From Treponemataceae bacterium (GTDB taxonomy: Bacteria; Spirochaetota; Spirochaetia; Treponematales; Rectinemataceae): a stretch of 64,000 bases of DNA. The stretch covers positions 544,001-608,000 of the forward strand of contig CAXXVZ010000005.1 of the NCBI GenBank assembly GCA_963678065.2, in the 5' to 3' direction. Under the pieces are notes generated by a model. The model saw only the letters and a list, made by a program, of their open reading frames with translations. It searched no databases and was not told where the DNA came from. The position numbers and the translations under genes were made by a program. Positions 37,171 to 45,700 of this stretch are shown in pieces; within the stretch, counting starts at the first letter, position 1, and each line of letters opens with the position of its first letter.

Positions 37171-38132
37171 CGGGAGAAAGGAAAAATGCGCTCGCGGGCG
37201 CGATCGAACTCTCCGCCGCGGCGGCGATCTGGGGCGGCGTCTTCGTCGTCAGCAAATATGTCATGGACTACGTCCCGCCCTTCGCGATCATCTGGATACG
37301 CTATCTGATCGCCTCAGCGGTCCTGTTCGCCATGATGAAGCTCAGGACGCGAAAAGCCGCGGCCGGCAAGGCGACAGGAGGCAAACCCGCCGCGATTTCA
37401 AAACCATCGGGGAGGGACTGGCTCCTCGTGGCCGCGATAGGGTTCGTGGGCTATTTCGTCTCGATCGCCTGTCAGTTCGCCGGGACAAGGCTCGCCGACG
37501 CGCACACGGGCGCCCTCATCACCTCGGCCTCGCCCGTCTTCACGGTGCTGTTCGCGCGCATCCTCCTCGGCGAGCCTGTCACCTTGCGCAAAATCGCCTC
37601 CCTCGTCCTCTCGGGATCGGGTGTCGTCGTCATCATCGGGACAGGAGGGGGAGGCGGAATCGACGACTACACGCTCGGCGTCATCGTACTCGTCGTCGCG
37701 GCGGCAACCTGGGCCCTCCTCTCGGTCTTCGTCAGGATGGCGAGCTTCCGCCTCGACTCCATGACCACGACGGCCTGGGCCATCCTCTTCGCCGCGGCCT
37801 TCACGACTCCCGCCATGCTCGTCGAGTCGGGGACGAATCCCATCGGCCCCATCAACCCGGCCGTGATCGCGGGCATCCTCTACATCGGCGTCGTCTCCAC
37901 GGCCCTCGCCTACTACCTCTGGAACAAGGGACTCGAGCGGATCGACGCGGGGCGCGCCAGCCTCTTCATCTTCGTGCAGCCCGTCGTCGGTTCGCTCCTC
38001 GGCTTCCTCGTCCTCGGCGAGAGACTTTCCGCGCGCTTTTTCGCGGGTGGCCTCCTCGTTCTCGCGGGCGTCGTCCTCTCGATACTGAATCCGGGAAAAA
38101 TCGCGAACGGGCGAAAACCTGACAGGCCGTAA
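37167..38132 (+). CDS. DMT/EamA-family transporter
   Basis: IWG, RYLIA, about 10 TM segments, duplicated ILLGE/VLGE. Confidence 0.88.
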   Translation: MTGERKNALAGAIELSAAAAIWGGVFVVSKYVMDYVPPFAIIWIRYLIASAVLFAMMKLRTRKAAAGKATGGKPAAISKPSGRDWLLVAAIGFVGYFVSIACQFAGTRLADAHTGALITSASPVFTVLFARILLGEPVTLRKIASLVLSGSGVVVIIGTGGGGGIDDYTLGVIVLVVAAATWALLSVFVRMASFRLDSMTTTAWAILFAAAFTTPAMLVESGTNPIGPINPAVIAGILYIGVVSTALAYYLWNKGLERIDAGRASLFIFVQPVVGSLLGFLVLGERLSARFFAGGLLVLAGVVLSILNPGKIANGRKPDRP

Positions 38133-38139
38133 ACGCGAT

Positions 38140-40338
38140 TTATGATCCGGCGCCCGTTCCTGCGGCAATTCCCTGTGCGGCTCCATCATCCGGAAGACTC
38201 TGATATCGCATAACCTCGACTCCGATCGCGTGCATGACGCAGGCATGCGAAGCTCCCGTGCCCGCGGTCGAGGTGAACATATTGGCAGATCCGGCCAGAT
38301 CGACGCCATCGCCGTCGGGTTCGTACCAGATGCCTTCGGGCAGGCAGACGACGCCCGGCACGATGTCGGGACTGAGGCGGACCCCGATCCGGGATCTTCC
38401 GCGCGCATTGAAGACGAGCGCGCAGTCGCCATCGGCGATGCCGCGAACCGCGGCGTCTTTCGGGTTCATTTCGAGAGCGTGCGCGGCTTTCTCCGCGATC
38501 CGGGCGATGTTGCTTCCCTGCGAGTGTGTCCTGTGCGGCGATTTTGGCGTGATGAGAGACAGAGGATATGCCGGATCGCTAGGCGGGGCGCGCCAGGTCG
38601 GGATGGCAGGATATCCTGTTTTCATGCGGTAATTCTCACTCGCGATCTCGACCTTGCCCGAGGGCGTCCGCAGGGGAAAACGCTCCGGGTCCGCCGCGAA
38701 ATCCGCGAGCCCGACGCGGTCCTCTTCCCTTCCCCGATAGATGCCGCTGCGCATGAAGGCTTCGGGATCGTCGATCTCCGACTGGGCGATGCATTTTCGC
38801 ACCCACTCCGGCGCGCTCCGGCCTTCGGAAAACTCCGCGCCGAAGCCGAGCAACTCCGCGAGGCCGCAGAATATGTCGTAATCGCTGCGCGCGAGTCCCC
38901 GGGGAGCGACGACCTGCGGCTTGTACAGAAGGTAATTTCCGAGCCAGGGAATGCCGATGTCTTCCTTTTCCAGGGCCGTCGCCGCGGGGAGGATCACGTC
39001 GCTCCACCTCGCCGTCGGCGTCATGAAGAACTCCTGCGACACGACGAAATCGACCTTTTCGAACGCGGCTCTGTTTTTGCCGATGTCGGCGCCCTGGTTG
39101 AGAAAATTTCCGCCCGCGGAATAGATGGCGCGAATGTCCGATGGATATCCCCCCGCCCGCCCTTCCAGGACAGCGTCCGGCCAGCGCGAAGTCGGCACCG
39201 CACATATGGTGACTCCGGGCGGCTCCGGCACTCCGATCCTGCCGACCTTCGGAGTCGGAAGTCTGTTGTTGAGCGATCCTGTCGATCCGCCGCGGATGCC
39301 GAAGTTGCCCGTCGCGATCTGCAGCGCCACCGCGAGCCGGTATGTCTCCTCCCCCGCATGCACGCGCTGTATCGAATATCCCGGGAGGAGCATGGTGGGT
39401 TTCGTCGCTGCCCAGGCCCGCGCCAGCGCGCGGATTTCGTGCGCGGGCACTTTGCAGATGCCTTCAGCCCACTCAGGACTGCAGGCGCACGCATCCGGGA
39501 GGCCGAGAACATAGCTCTCGAGCTCATCGAAGCCCGCGCTGTGGCTCTCGATGAAATCGCTGTCCGCGAGCCTTTCGGCGAACAGCACGTTGAGGATGGC
39601 GAGCATGAGGGCGGCGTCGGTGCCCGGCCGGCAGGGTATCCACCACGTCGCGGCCCGCTTCACCGTTCCGGAACGCCGCGGGTCGATGACGACAATCCGC
39701 GCCCCGCGCTTTTTCGCCTCCATGAGACGCGCCGGTATCTCCGAGCCGAGCCGGGCCTCGAGGACGTTGGCGCCCCAGAGGATGATCATGTCCGAGTACC
39801 GCATGGTGGACGCGTCGAAACCGGATCGCTTCCAGTCATCGCCGAAAAGGTAGGGCAGAATGAAGCTGGCGGCCGCGTTGCTGTAGTTCCCCGACAAACC
39901 CGTGTACCCGCCGAGGAGCGAAAAAAAGCGCTCCGTGAGCGTCGCGGTATCGTGCACCGCGCCGATCGATCCCGCGCTGCCGAGATTGAGCACGGACTCC
40001 GGGCCGTACCCTCCGCGTATCTCCGCGAGCCTTTCCGCCACGACAGTGAGCGCTTCATCCCAGGACGCCGCGCGGAATTCCCCCGAGCCCCTCGGCCCCC
40101 TGCGCACAAGCGGCTCCAGGATGCGGTCCGGGGCGTAGGTCTCAAGGGCGAGATCCATTCCGCGCGAGCAGGCCCGCGCATAGCTGTCGCCCGCGGGGTT
40201 GTGGCCTATCCGGACAACGCGGCCCTCTTCCACAGTCGCCACGAGCGGGCAGGCCCCGCCCCCACAGTCCTTGCCGCAGAATACGGGATATGTCTGCGAG
40301 GAGACAGGAACCGTCGATGCCATCGTTTTTGTCGTCAC
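38140..40338 (-). CDS. Molybdopterin oxidoreductase, DMSO-reductase family catalytic subunit
   Basis: N-terminal CGKDCGGGAC...CSRG, SWDEAL, IDPR, RPGTD, SDVILPA, RTHSQ, MNPKDA. Confidence 0.88.
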   Translation of the reverse strand: MTTKTMASTVPVSSQTYPVFCGKDCGGGACPLVATVEEGRVVRIGHNPAGDSYARACSRGMDLALETYAPDRILEPLVRRGPRGSGEFRAASWDEALTVVAERLAEIRGGYGPESVLNLGSAGSIGAVHDTATLTERFFSLLGGYTGLSGNYSNAAASFILPYLFGDDWKRSGFDASTMRYSDMIILWGANVLEARLGSEIPARLMEAKKRGARIVVIDPRRSGTVKRAATWWIPCRPGTDAALMLAILNVLFAERLADSDFIESHSAGFDELESYVLGLPDACACSPEWAEGICKVPAHEIRALARAWAATKPTMLLPGYSIQRVHAGEETYRLAVALQIATGNFGIRGGSTGSLNNRLPTPKVGRIGVPEPPGVTICAVPTSRWPDAVLEGRAGGYPSDIRAIYSAGGNFLNQGADIGKNRAAFEKVDFVVSQEFFMTPTARWSDVILPAATALEKEDIGIPWLGNYLLYKPQVVAPRGLARSDYDIFCGLAELLGFGAEFSEGRSAPEWVRKCIAQSEIDDPEAFMRSGIYRGREEDRVGLADFAADPERFPLRTPSGKVEIASENYRMKTGYPAIPTWRAPPSDPAYPLSLITPKSPHRTHSQGSNIARIAEKAAHALEMNPKDAAVRGIADGDCALVFNARGRSRIGVRLSPDIVPGVVCLPEGIWYEPDGDGVDLAGSANMFTSTAGTGASHACVMHAIGVEVMRYQSLPDDGAAQGIAAGTGAGS

Positions 40339-40484
40339 TGGTCAACTCCTCGCGATGGAATGGAAATGGAACCCGCAACATATACCTCCGCCGGGCAGAG
40401 AAGACAAGCGGTGATGCCCTCCCGGCCGGCAAACAGGGCGCGGGAATGCCCATGGCCGGATATGCATCGCCAGAGAAAAGGCAT

Positions 40485-40508
40485 TGCCAATGCCAATGCC
40501 AATGCCGA
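40485..40508. repeat. Short tandem repeat (TGCCAA)x3 + TGCCGA
   Basis: Read directly; GGCATTG just upstream can pair with CAATGCC. Confidence 0.7.
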
Positions 40509-40581
40509 ATACTATTCTTGATATTCATAAAATAAACGATTATCTATTGGAATTTTTCAAATTATTGTGTATCATATTCGT

Positions 40582-41070
40582 ATGATAGACAAGATAGATC
40601 GCGATCTCCTCACGCTTCTTCAAAAGGATGCCCGGCTGTCCAATGCCGATTTGGCCGAGGCTGTCGGCCTGAATGCATCATCTGTCTTCGAGCGGGTCAA
40701 GAAGCTCGAACGAAAGGGAATCATAACAGGCTATGTCGCCAAGGTGGATGCCAAGAAACTCGGCAAACCGCTTCTCGCATTCATGCGATTGACCTTAGGA
40801 GCGTCACAGCCGGAAGGGTTCAAAGCCACCATGGATAAAATTGCCGCTCTCTGCTCCGCCGAACCGGACATTCTCGAATGTCACGATGTCGCGGGCGAAG
40901 ACTGCCTCATTCTGAAACTCCACGCCGCCGGGCCTGGCGAGCTGCAGAATCTCCACGCTGCGATACGCGACTGTACCCAGAGCGCAAGGACCGTCACGAG
41001 CATCGTTCTTTCGACATTCAAAGAATCCTCTGCGGTGGAACCCGCTGCGGAGACCAAGGCCGAAGATTGA
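40582..41070 (+). CDS. Lrp/AsnC-family regulator
   Basis: IDKIDRDLLTLLQKDARLSNADLAEAVGL...RVKKLE.KGII, ECHDVAGED. Confidence 0.92.
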   Translation: MIDKIDRDLLTLLQKDARLSNADLAEAVGLNASSVFERVKKLERKGIITGYVAKVDAKKLGKPLLAFMRLTLGASQPEGFKATMDKIAALCSAEPDILECHDVAGEDCLILKLHAAGPGELQNLHAAIRDCTQSARTVTSIVLSTFKESSAVEPAAETKAED

Positions 41071-41088
41071 TTCGGCGAAGGAGGAAAT

Positions 41089-41370
41089 ATGAGCTCCGAC
41101 ACGATGAGCATCAGTTTAGGCGAACTCGCCCACGATAGCGCCCACTCTGACCGCAGTTTACGGCTGACCATGGTCCACGGGGAGGTCCTGCGGGTTCCGA
41201 AATCGGCGCGGAAGCTCCGGGTACTCTCAGGGCAGGCCTGGGTTTCCTTCGAGGGAAAGGACATTATCCTGGACCGCGGCGAAAGCCTCATGCTGCCTCG
41301 TAGCGCCCGCCACGAGGCGATCGTTTCCGTCACGGAACATGCAGACGCGCTTTTTTTCGAGCTCGAGTGA
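41089..41370 (+). CDS. Small cupin-like protein (DUF2917-like)
   Basis: AGGAGG RBS; LRVLSGQAWVS...DIILDRGE. Confidence 0.65.
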   Translation: MSSDTMSISLGELAHDSAHSDRSLRLTMVHGEVLRVPKSARKLRVLSGQAWVSFEGKDIILDRGESLMLPRSARHEAIVSVTEHADALFFELE

Positions 41371-41442
41371 GATGATGCTGTATCCGGATGCGCGCCGTGC
41401 ATCGCGCGTGAGTCCCATACCTCCACGCCATCAAATATATTT

Positions 41443-41497
41443 CTATATGTAGTAACATCATATAGTACTTGACGGCTTTTCCGTAGGGCGATAGTAT
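41443..41497 (+). promoter_or_regulatory. Sigma70-like promoter with upstream inverted repeat
   Basis: CTATATG-N9-CATATAG (41443-65), then TTGACG-N17-TAGTAT (41469-97). Confidence 0.6.
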
Positions 41498-41514
41498 CCT
41501 CACCCATACCTCGA

Positions 41515-41685
41515 GAGGGCGCCTAGGGTTCCTCCCGCGGTCGCGATTCCCTGCGCGCAGGCACCGTGCGCAGGCGGAAGGCGATCGGCGGGGCACGGTC
41601 CAAGCGGCGTCGGCACCGGCCGCGATCAGGGCATGAGCCCCGACAGCCGGTGAAACACCCCCGGGACAAAAGCCAGGGGAAGGAG
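41515..41685 (+). ncRNA. ykkC-motif riboswitch (guanidine-I-like scaffold, variant)
   Basis: CTAGGGTTCC (41523), long hairpin, GGTCCAAG (41597), P2 CACCGGC/GCCGGTG, ACAC, GGGACAAAAGCC (41663); located in a 5' UTR downstream of a promoter. Confidence 0.85.
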
Positions 41686-41830
41686 TCTCGATCACCGAGC
41701 CCTTTCCATGTCCGAAGCGGGTGTCCGCCGGTCCTTTTCCAGGATCGGTCTTCCAACTATTCGACACAGCCGACAGCGCGGGAACAGTCACCCGCCCGGG
41801 ACGAAAGGGCCGACGCAAGGGGAGAACGTG

Positions 41831-42874
41831 ATGAATATCATCGCGGCCCGCTCGCTCTCCAAGACCTTCCGCACCCGTACCAAGGCAGAGGGGCTCGCCG
41901 CCGGCGCGCGCGCCTTCTTCAGGCCCCAGTACCGCGACGTGGCGGCAGTCGACTCCATCGATCTCGAAGTCTCGCGCGGCGAGGTCGTCGCATTCCTCGG
42001 TCCGAACGGGGCCGGAAAGTCGACGACCATCAAGATGCTCACCGGCATCCTCACCCCGAGTTCCGGCCACGCGACTGTCCTCGGCCTCGATCCGTCGAGG
42101 GAGAGAACGAAACTCGCCTCGCGCATCGGGGCTGTCTTCGGCCAGCGCAGTCAGCTCTGGCTCCACCTGCCCCCCTCCGACTCCTTCAAGCTTCTCGGGG
42201 CGATCTACGAAATCGAGCCGGAGCTTCTCGCGCGGCGCCGCGCCGAACTCGAGGAGCGCTTCGACATACGGGAACTCATGGACGTACCGGTGCGCAAGCT
42301 CTCTCTCGGACAGCGCATCCGCTGCGAAATCGCGGCGAGCCTCCTGCACGCGCCGGAAGCCCTCTTTCTCGACGAGCCGACGATCGGCCTCGACGTGATC
42401 GCGAAGCGGGAAATCCGCGCCCTCCTCGAGGAGCTCAACAAACGCGACGGCGTCACCATCTTCCTCACGAGCCACGACATCGGCGACATCGAGAAAATCT
42501 GCAAGCGCGCCGTCATCATCCACCACGGGAAGATCGTCGTCGACGAGTCGATGAAGACGCTCAAGCACAGGGCCCTCGCGCGCAAGCTCATCGGCGTGAA
42601 GTACGCCTTCCCCGTCGACCTGGACCTGCCCGGGCTCGCGCCCGTGAAACGCACGGCCGACGCGGCGCGGTATGAAGTCGATACGCGCGTGCACAGGCTC
42701 GAGGATGTATTGCGGGCCCTCGTCGCGCGCGGCGAACTCGAGGACCTCACGGTCGAGGACGAGCCCCTCGAGAACGTGATCGCGGAAATCTACGCGTCGA
42801 AGAGCGCGGGGGAGGCCGGGGCGACGATCGTCGGAAGGGCGCGGGCCGAAGTGGCGGCGGGAGGCGGAACATGA
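41831..42874 (+). CDS. ABC transporter ATP-binding protein
   Basis: GPNGAGKS, VFGQRSQLW, LSLGQ, FLDEPTIGLD. Confidence 0.92.
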   Translation: MNIIAARSLSKTFRTRTKAEGLAAGARAFFRPQYRDVAAVDSIDLEVSRGEVVAFLGPNGAGKSTTIKMLTGILTPSSGHATVLGLDPSRERTKLASRIGAVFGQRSQLWLHLPPSDSFKLLGAIYEIEPELLARRRAELEERFDIRELMDVPVRKLSLGQRIRCEIAASLLHAPEALFLDEPTIGLDVIAKREIRALLEELNKRDGVTIFLTSHDIGDIEKICKRAVIIHHGKIVVDESMKTLKHRALARKLIGVKYAFPVDLDLPGLAPVKRTADAARYEVDTRVHRLEDVLRALVARGELEDLTVEDEPLENVIAEIYASKSAGEAGATIVGRARAEVAAGGGT

Positions 42875-43743
42875 CAGTCACCAGAGCGAAGGTGCGCAAA
42901 TACTCCGCGGCGGCGCGGATAGCGCTCCGCAACCGCCTCGCGTACAGGGGAAATTTCGCGGGCGCGCTCGTCACATACGGGCTCTTCGTGTTCGTGTTCT
43001 CGCGCATCTGGGCCACGGTCTACGCCGACAAGGCCTCGATCGCCGGCTACACGAGGGCTATGTGCGTCTGGTACTTCGTGATCGCGGAGCTCGTCGCCTA
43101 CGGCTTCGGCCGCTTCTACTGGACGCTCGACCGCGAACTCAAGAACGGGCAGATCGCCTACCTCGTCGCGAGGCCCTACAGCTTCACCATCTTCCAGTAC
43201 TGCCAGGCCATGGGGCCGGCCGCGATCGAGTCGGCCATCCTCTTCGCGGAGGGCAGCCTCATCGCGCTCGCGGGGACGGGACTGCCTCCCCCACTGGCGG
43301 GCATGGGTGCGGGCGCCGCAAACCTGACAGCCGGCGCATGGTCGGCCGCGGCCAGAATCTGGCCTGAAATTCTCCGCGGCGTCTGCGTCATCGTCGCTCT
43401 CCTTCTTTCAGGGAGCATCTCCTTCCTCCTCCACCTCAGCATCGCCATGACGGCGTTCTGGTTCGAGGAGAACGCGGCCTTCTTCTGGATCTTCCAGAAA
43501 TTCACCCTGATTGCGGGCACTCTTCTGCCGATCGAATTCCTGCCCGCGCGGGCGAGGGATATTCTCAGATTCACGCCCTTCCCCTCGATGGCCTACACGC
43601 CGGCCCGCATCATGGCGGCCTTCGATCCGAAAGAGGCGGCGGCTCTCATCGGCAGGCAATTCCTCTGGGTCGCCCTGGCGGCGGCTCTCGCATCAGTGGT
43701 CTATTCGCGGGGCACGCGGCGCCTCGCCGTGAACGGAGGCTGA
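42871..43743 (+). CDS. ABC-2-type permease (DUF990-like)
   Basis: LAYR, GQIAYLVARPY, G.LLPIEFLP, C-terminal VNGG. Confidence 0.85.
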   Translation: MTVTRAKVRKYSAAARIALRNRLAYRGNFAGALVTYGLFVFVFSRIWATVYADKASIAGYTRAMCVWYFVIAELVAYGFGRFYWTLDRELKNGQIAYLVARPYSFTIFQYCQAMGPAAIESAILFAEGSLIALAGTGLPPPLAGMGAGAANLTAGAWSAAARIWPEILRGVCVIVALLLSGSISFLLHLSIAMTAFWFEENAAFFWIFQKFTLIAGTLLPIEFLPARARDILRFTPFPSMAYTPARIMAAFDPKEAAALIGRQFLWVALAAALASVVYSRGTRRLAVNGG

Positions 43744-43745
43744 AC

Positions 43746-44582
43746 ATGAAGACAGATACATCGCAAGGCTCAGGCCGACGGCGGCGAACCGCGACCCTCC
43801 GCGCATACGCTCGTTTCATGCGCGCGGCATTCGTCGCCAACATCCAGTCGGTGATCGAGTACCGCGCGAGCTTCCTCCTCCAGGTCTTCGGCATGATGCT
43901 GAACAATGGCGCCTTCGCCCTCTTCTGGGCCGTTCTCATCGGACGCACAGGCGGAGTCGGAGGATACGGTTTCTCCGACATCATGTTCGTCTGGGGACTC
44001 GTGTCGACATCCTTCGGCATCGCGCACGTCGTCTTCGGGAATGTACGCAGCATCGGGCGCATCGTCATGGAGGGCGAGCTCGACCTCTACCTCCTCCAGC
44101 CGAAGAACGTGATGCTCAACCTCCTCGCGTCGCGCACCGTCGTGTCGGCCTGGGGTGACCTCATCTACGGCTTCATCGTCCTCGCGTGCCTGCCCGGTTT
44201 CGGCCTGGAGAAGCTCGCCCTGTTCGCGGCCCTGTCCCTCTCGGGCGCGGTGATTCTCACGGCCGTTTTCGCGGCCGCCGAGTCGCTCACGTTTTTCATG
44301 GGCAATTCCAGCGCGATATCGCAGGCGGCGACCGAATTCATGCTGAGCTTCTCGCTCTATCCCGAGTCGATCCACGGCACGGCTACGCGCTGGCTCCTCT
44401 ACAGTCTCCTGCCCTCGGCCTTCGTCGCCTTCGTGCCGCTCAGGGTTTTCACGGGGCTCGACTGGCCGGCCCTGCCGCTTCTGTTCGCCATCGCGGCCCT
44501 CTACATGGCGGCCAGCTACGGCCTCTTCCGGCTCGGGCTGCGGCGCTACGAATCGGGAAACCAGATCGGAATGCGGGTCTGA
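43746..44582 (+). CDS. ABC-2-type permease (DUF990-like)
   Basis: EYRASF, GELDLYLLQP, YP, GLRRYESG. Confidence 0.85.
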   Translation: MKTDTSQGSGRRRRTATLRAYARFMRAAFVANIQSVIEYRASFLLQVFGMMLNNGAFALFWAVLIGRTGGVGGYGFSDIMFVWGLVSTSFGIAHVVFGNVRSIGRIVMEGELDLYLLQPKNVMLNLLASRTVVSAWGDLIYGFIVLACLPGFGLEKLALFAALSLSGAVILTAVFAAAESLTFFMGNSSAISQAATEFMLSFSLYPESIHGTATRWLLYSLLPSAFVAFVPLRVFTGLDWPALPLLFAIAALYMAASYGLFRLGLRRYESGNQIGMRV

Positions 44583-44634
44583 CCGGATTCGGGCCTCCTG
44601 CCGTCGCTTACTTCCGGGAAAACATGAAATTATG

Positions 44635-44664
44635 TTGACGTGGCAAAACGGGGGGGCGTATGAT
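44635..44664 (+). promoter_or_regulatory. Sigma70-like promoter
   Basis: TTGACG-N18-TATGAT. Confidence 0.5.
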
Positions 44665-44727
44665 TCCATCGAGACCGGAGGGGTCATACGCCGAGAGGGC
44701 GGGGTTCCGGAGAAAAGGGAGGATTAC

Positions 44728-45666
44728 ATGAAAAAGGCGATATTTCTGGCGCTCATCGCTGTGGCGGTTTCCGGTGCCTTCGCCCAGACACCCGGACTCA
44801 CCTTCGGAACCTGGAGCTACGCGGAAGGGACCCTCAACACGTCACCCCTCTTCGAGATTTACAACGAAGTCTACATCGCCTACAAAGCCCGCGACATGGG
44901 GCTCAACTCCACAATCGTCGGCACCACCAGCTGGACATCCGGAGCGCTCACCGGGCCCACACTCGACTTCCAGGATTTCGCGATCTGGTACAAGCCCTTC
45001 CCGTTCCTGAAAGCCACCGCGGGCAAGCTCCTCGAAACCGGCGACGCGACCCTTTCGTCCTACATCGACGGCAACAAATTCTCCCGCCAGATGGCGAAGA
45101 TGGAGCCGGGAATAATGGCGACGGTCTATCCGACCCGCGAACTGACCTTTTCCGCCTTCACTCCCTTCACGGAATCGGGGATACTCGCCACCATCGCGAA
45201 GTCCTCCTTCAGCCTCAAGTACGCCATTCCCAAATTCGCGAACCTCGTCGCTTCCTACAGACTCCGCGAATATGAGTTCGCCGCCGGCATCGACTTCCGC
45301 ATGATCAGCGACCTGACGCTCAAAATCGGTTTCAAGCATTTCACGGCGCCGAGCGTCCAATCCGGCCTTCTGTTCACCGCGGGAAAACGTTTCGGCGATC
45401 TGAATCTGGGACTCGACTCCGACCTCGTCATCCTGCCCGGCATCGCGGTCGGCGTAAAGGGAATGGTCGAATACACCATCGGGAAATACATCCTCGGCAC
45501 CACGGTCGCCCTGGACACCAACGATTTCTGGTATGCCAACAACGGGACAGTCATCGCCGCCTACATACGGCAGGATTTTTCGGCCGGTTCAGTCAGGGCC
45601 ATGGTCTCCTACAACACCGCGACGAGGGACTGGAGACTCCCTCTCCGCTTCGTGATCTTCTTCTGA
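44728..45666 (+). CDS. Exported protein, possible outer-membrane beta-barrel
   Basis: GGAGG RBS, signal peptide ending AFA, alternating amphipathic segments, C-terminal Phe. Confidence 0.6.
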   Translation: MKKAIFLALIAVAVSGAFAQTPGLTFGTWSYAEGTLNTSPLFEIYNEVYIAYKARDMGLNSTIVGTTSWTSGALTGPTLDFQDFAIWYKPFPFLKATAGKLLETGDATLSSYIDGNKFSRQMAKMEPGIMATVYPTRELTFSAFTPFTESGILATIAKSSFSLKYAIPKFANLVASYRLREYEFAAGIDFRMISDLTLKIGFKHFTAPSVQSGLLFTAGKRFGDLNLGLDSDLVILPGIAVGVKGMVEYTIGKYILGTTVALDTNDFWYANNGTVIAAYIRQDFSAGSVRAMVSYNTATRDWRLPLRFVIFF

Positions 45667-45700
45667 GTCATCTTAGTCTTCCGAGTCATCAGGAACTGTC

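Noticed and set aside
38140..40338. Selenocysteine readthrough in the molybdoenzyme
   Set aside because: The ORF is continuous with no in-frame TGA.
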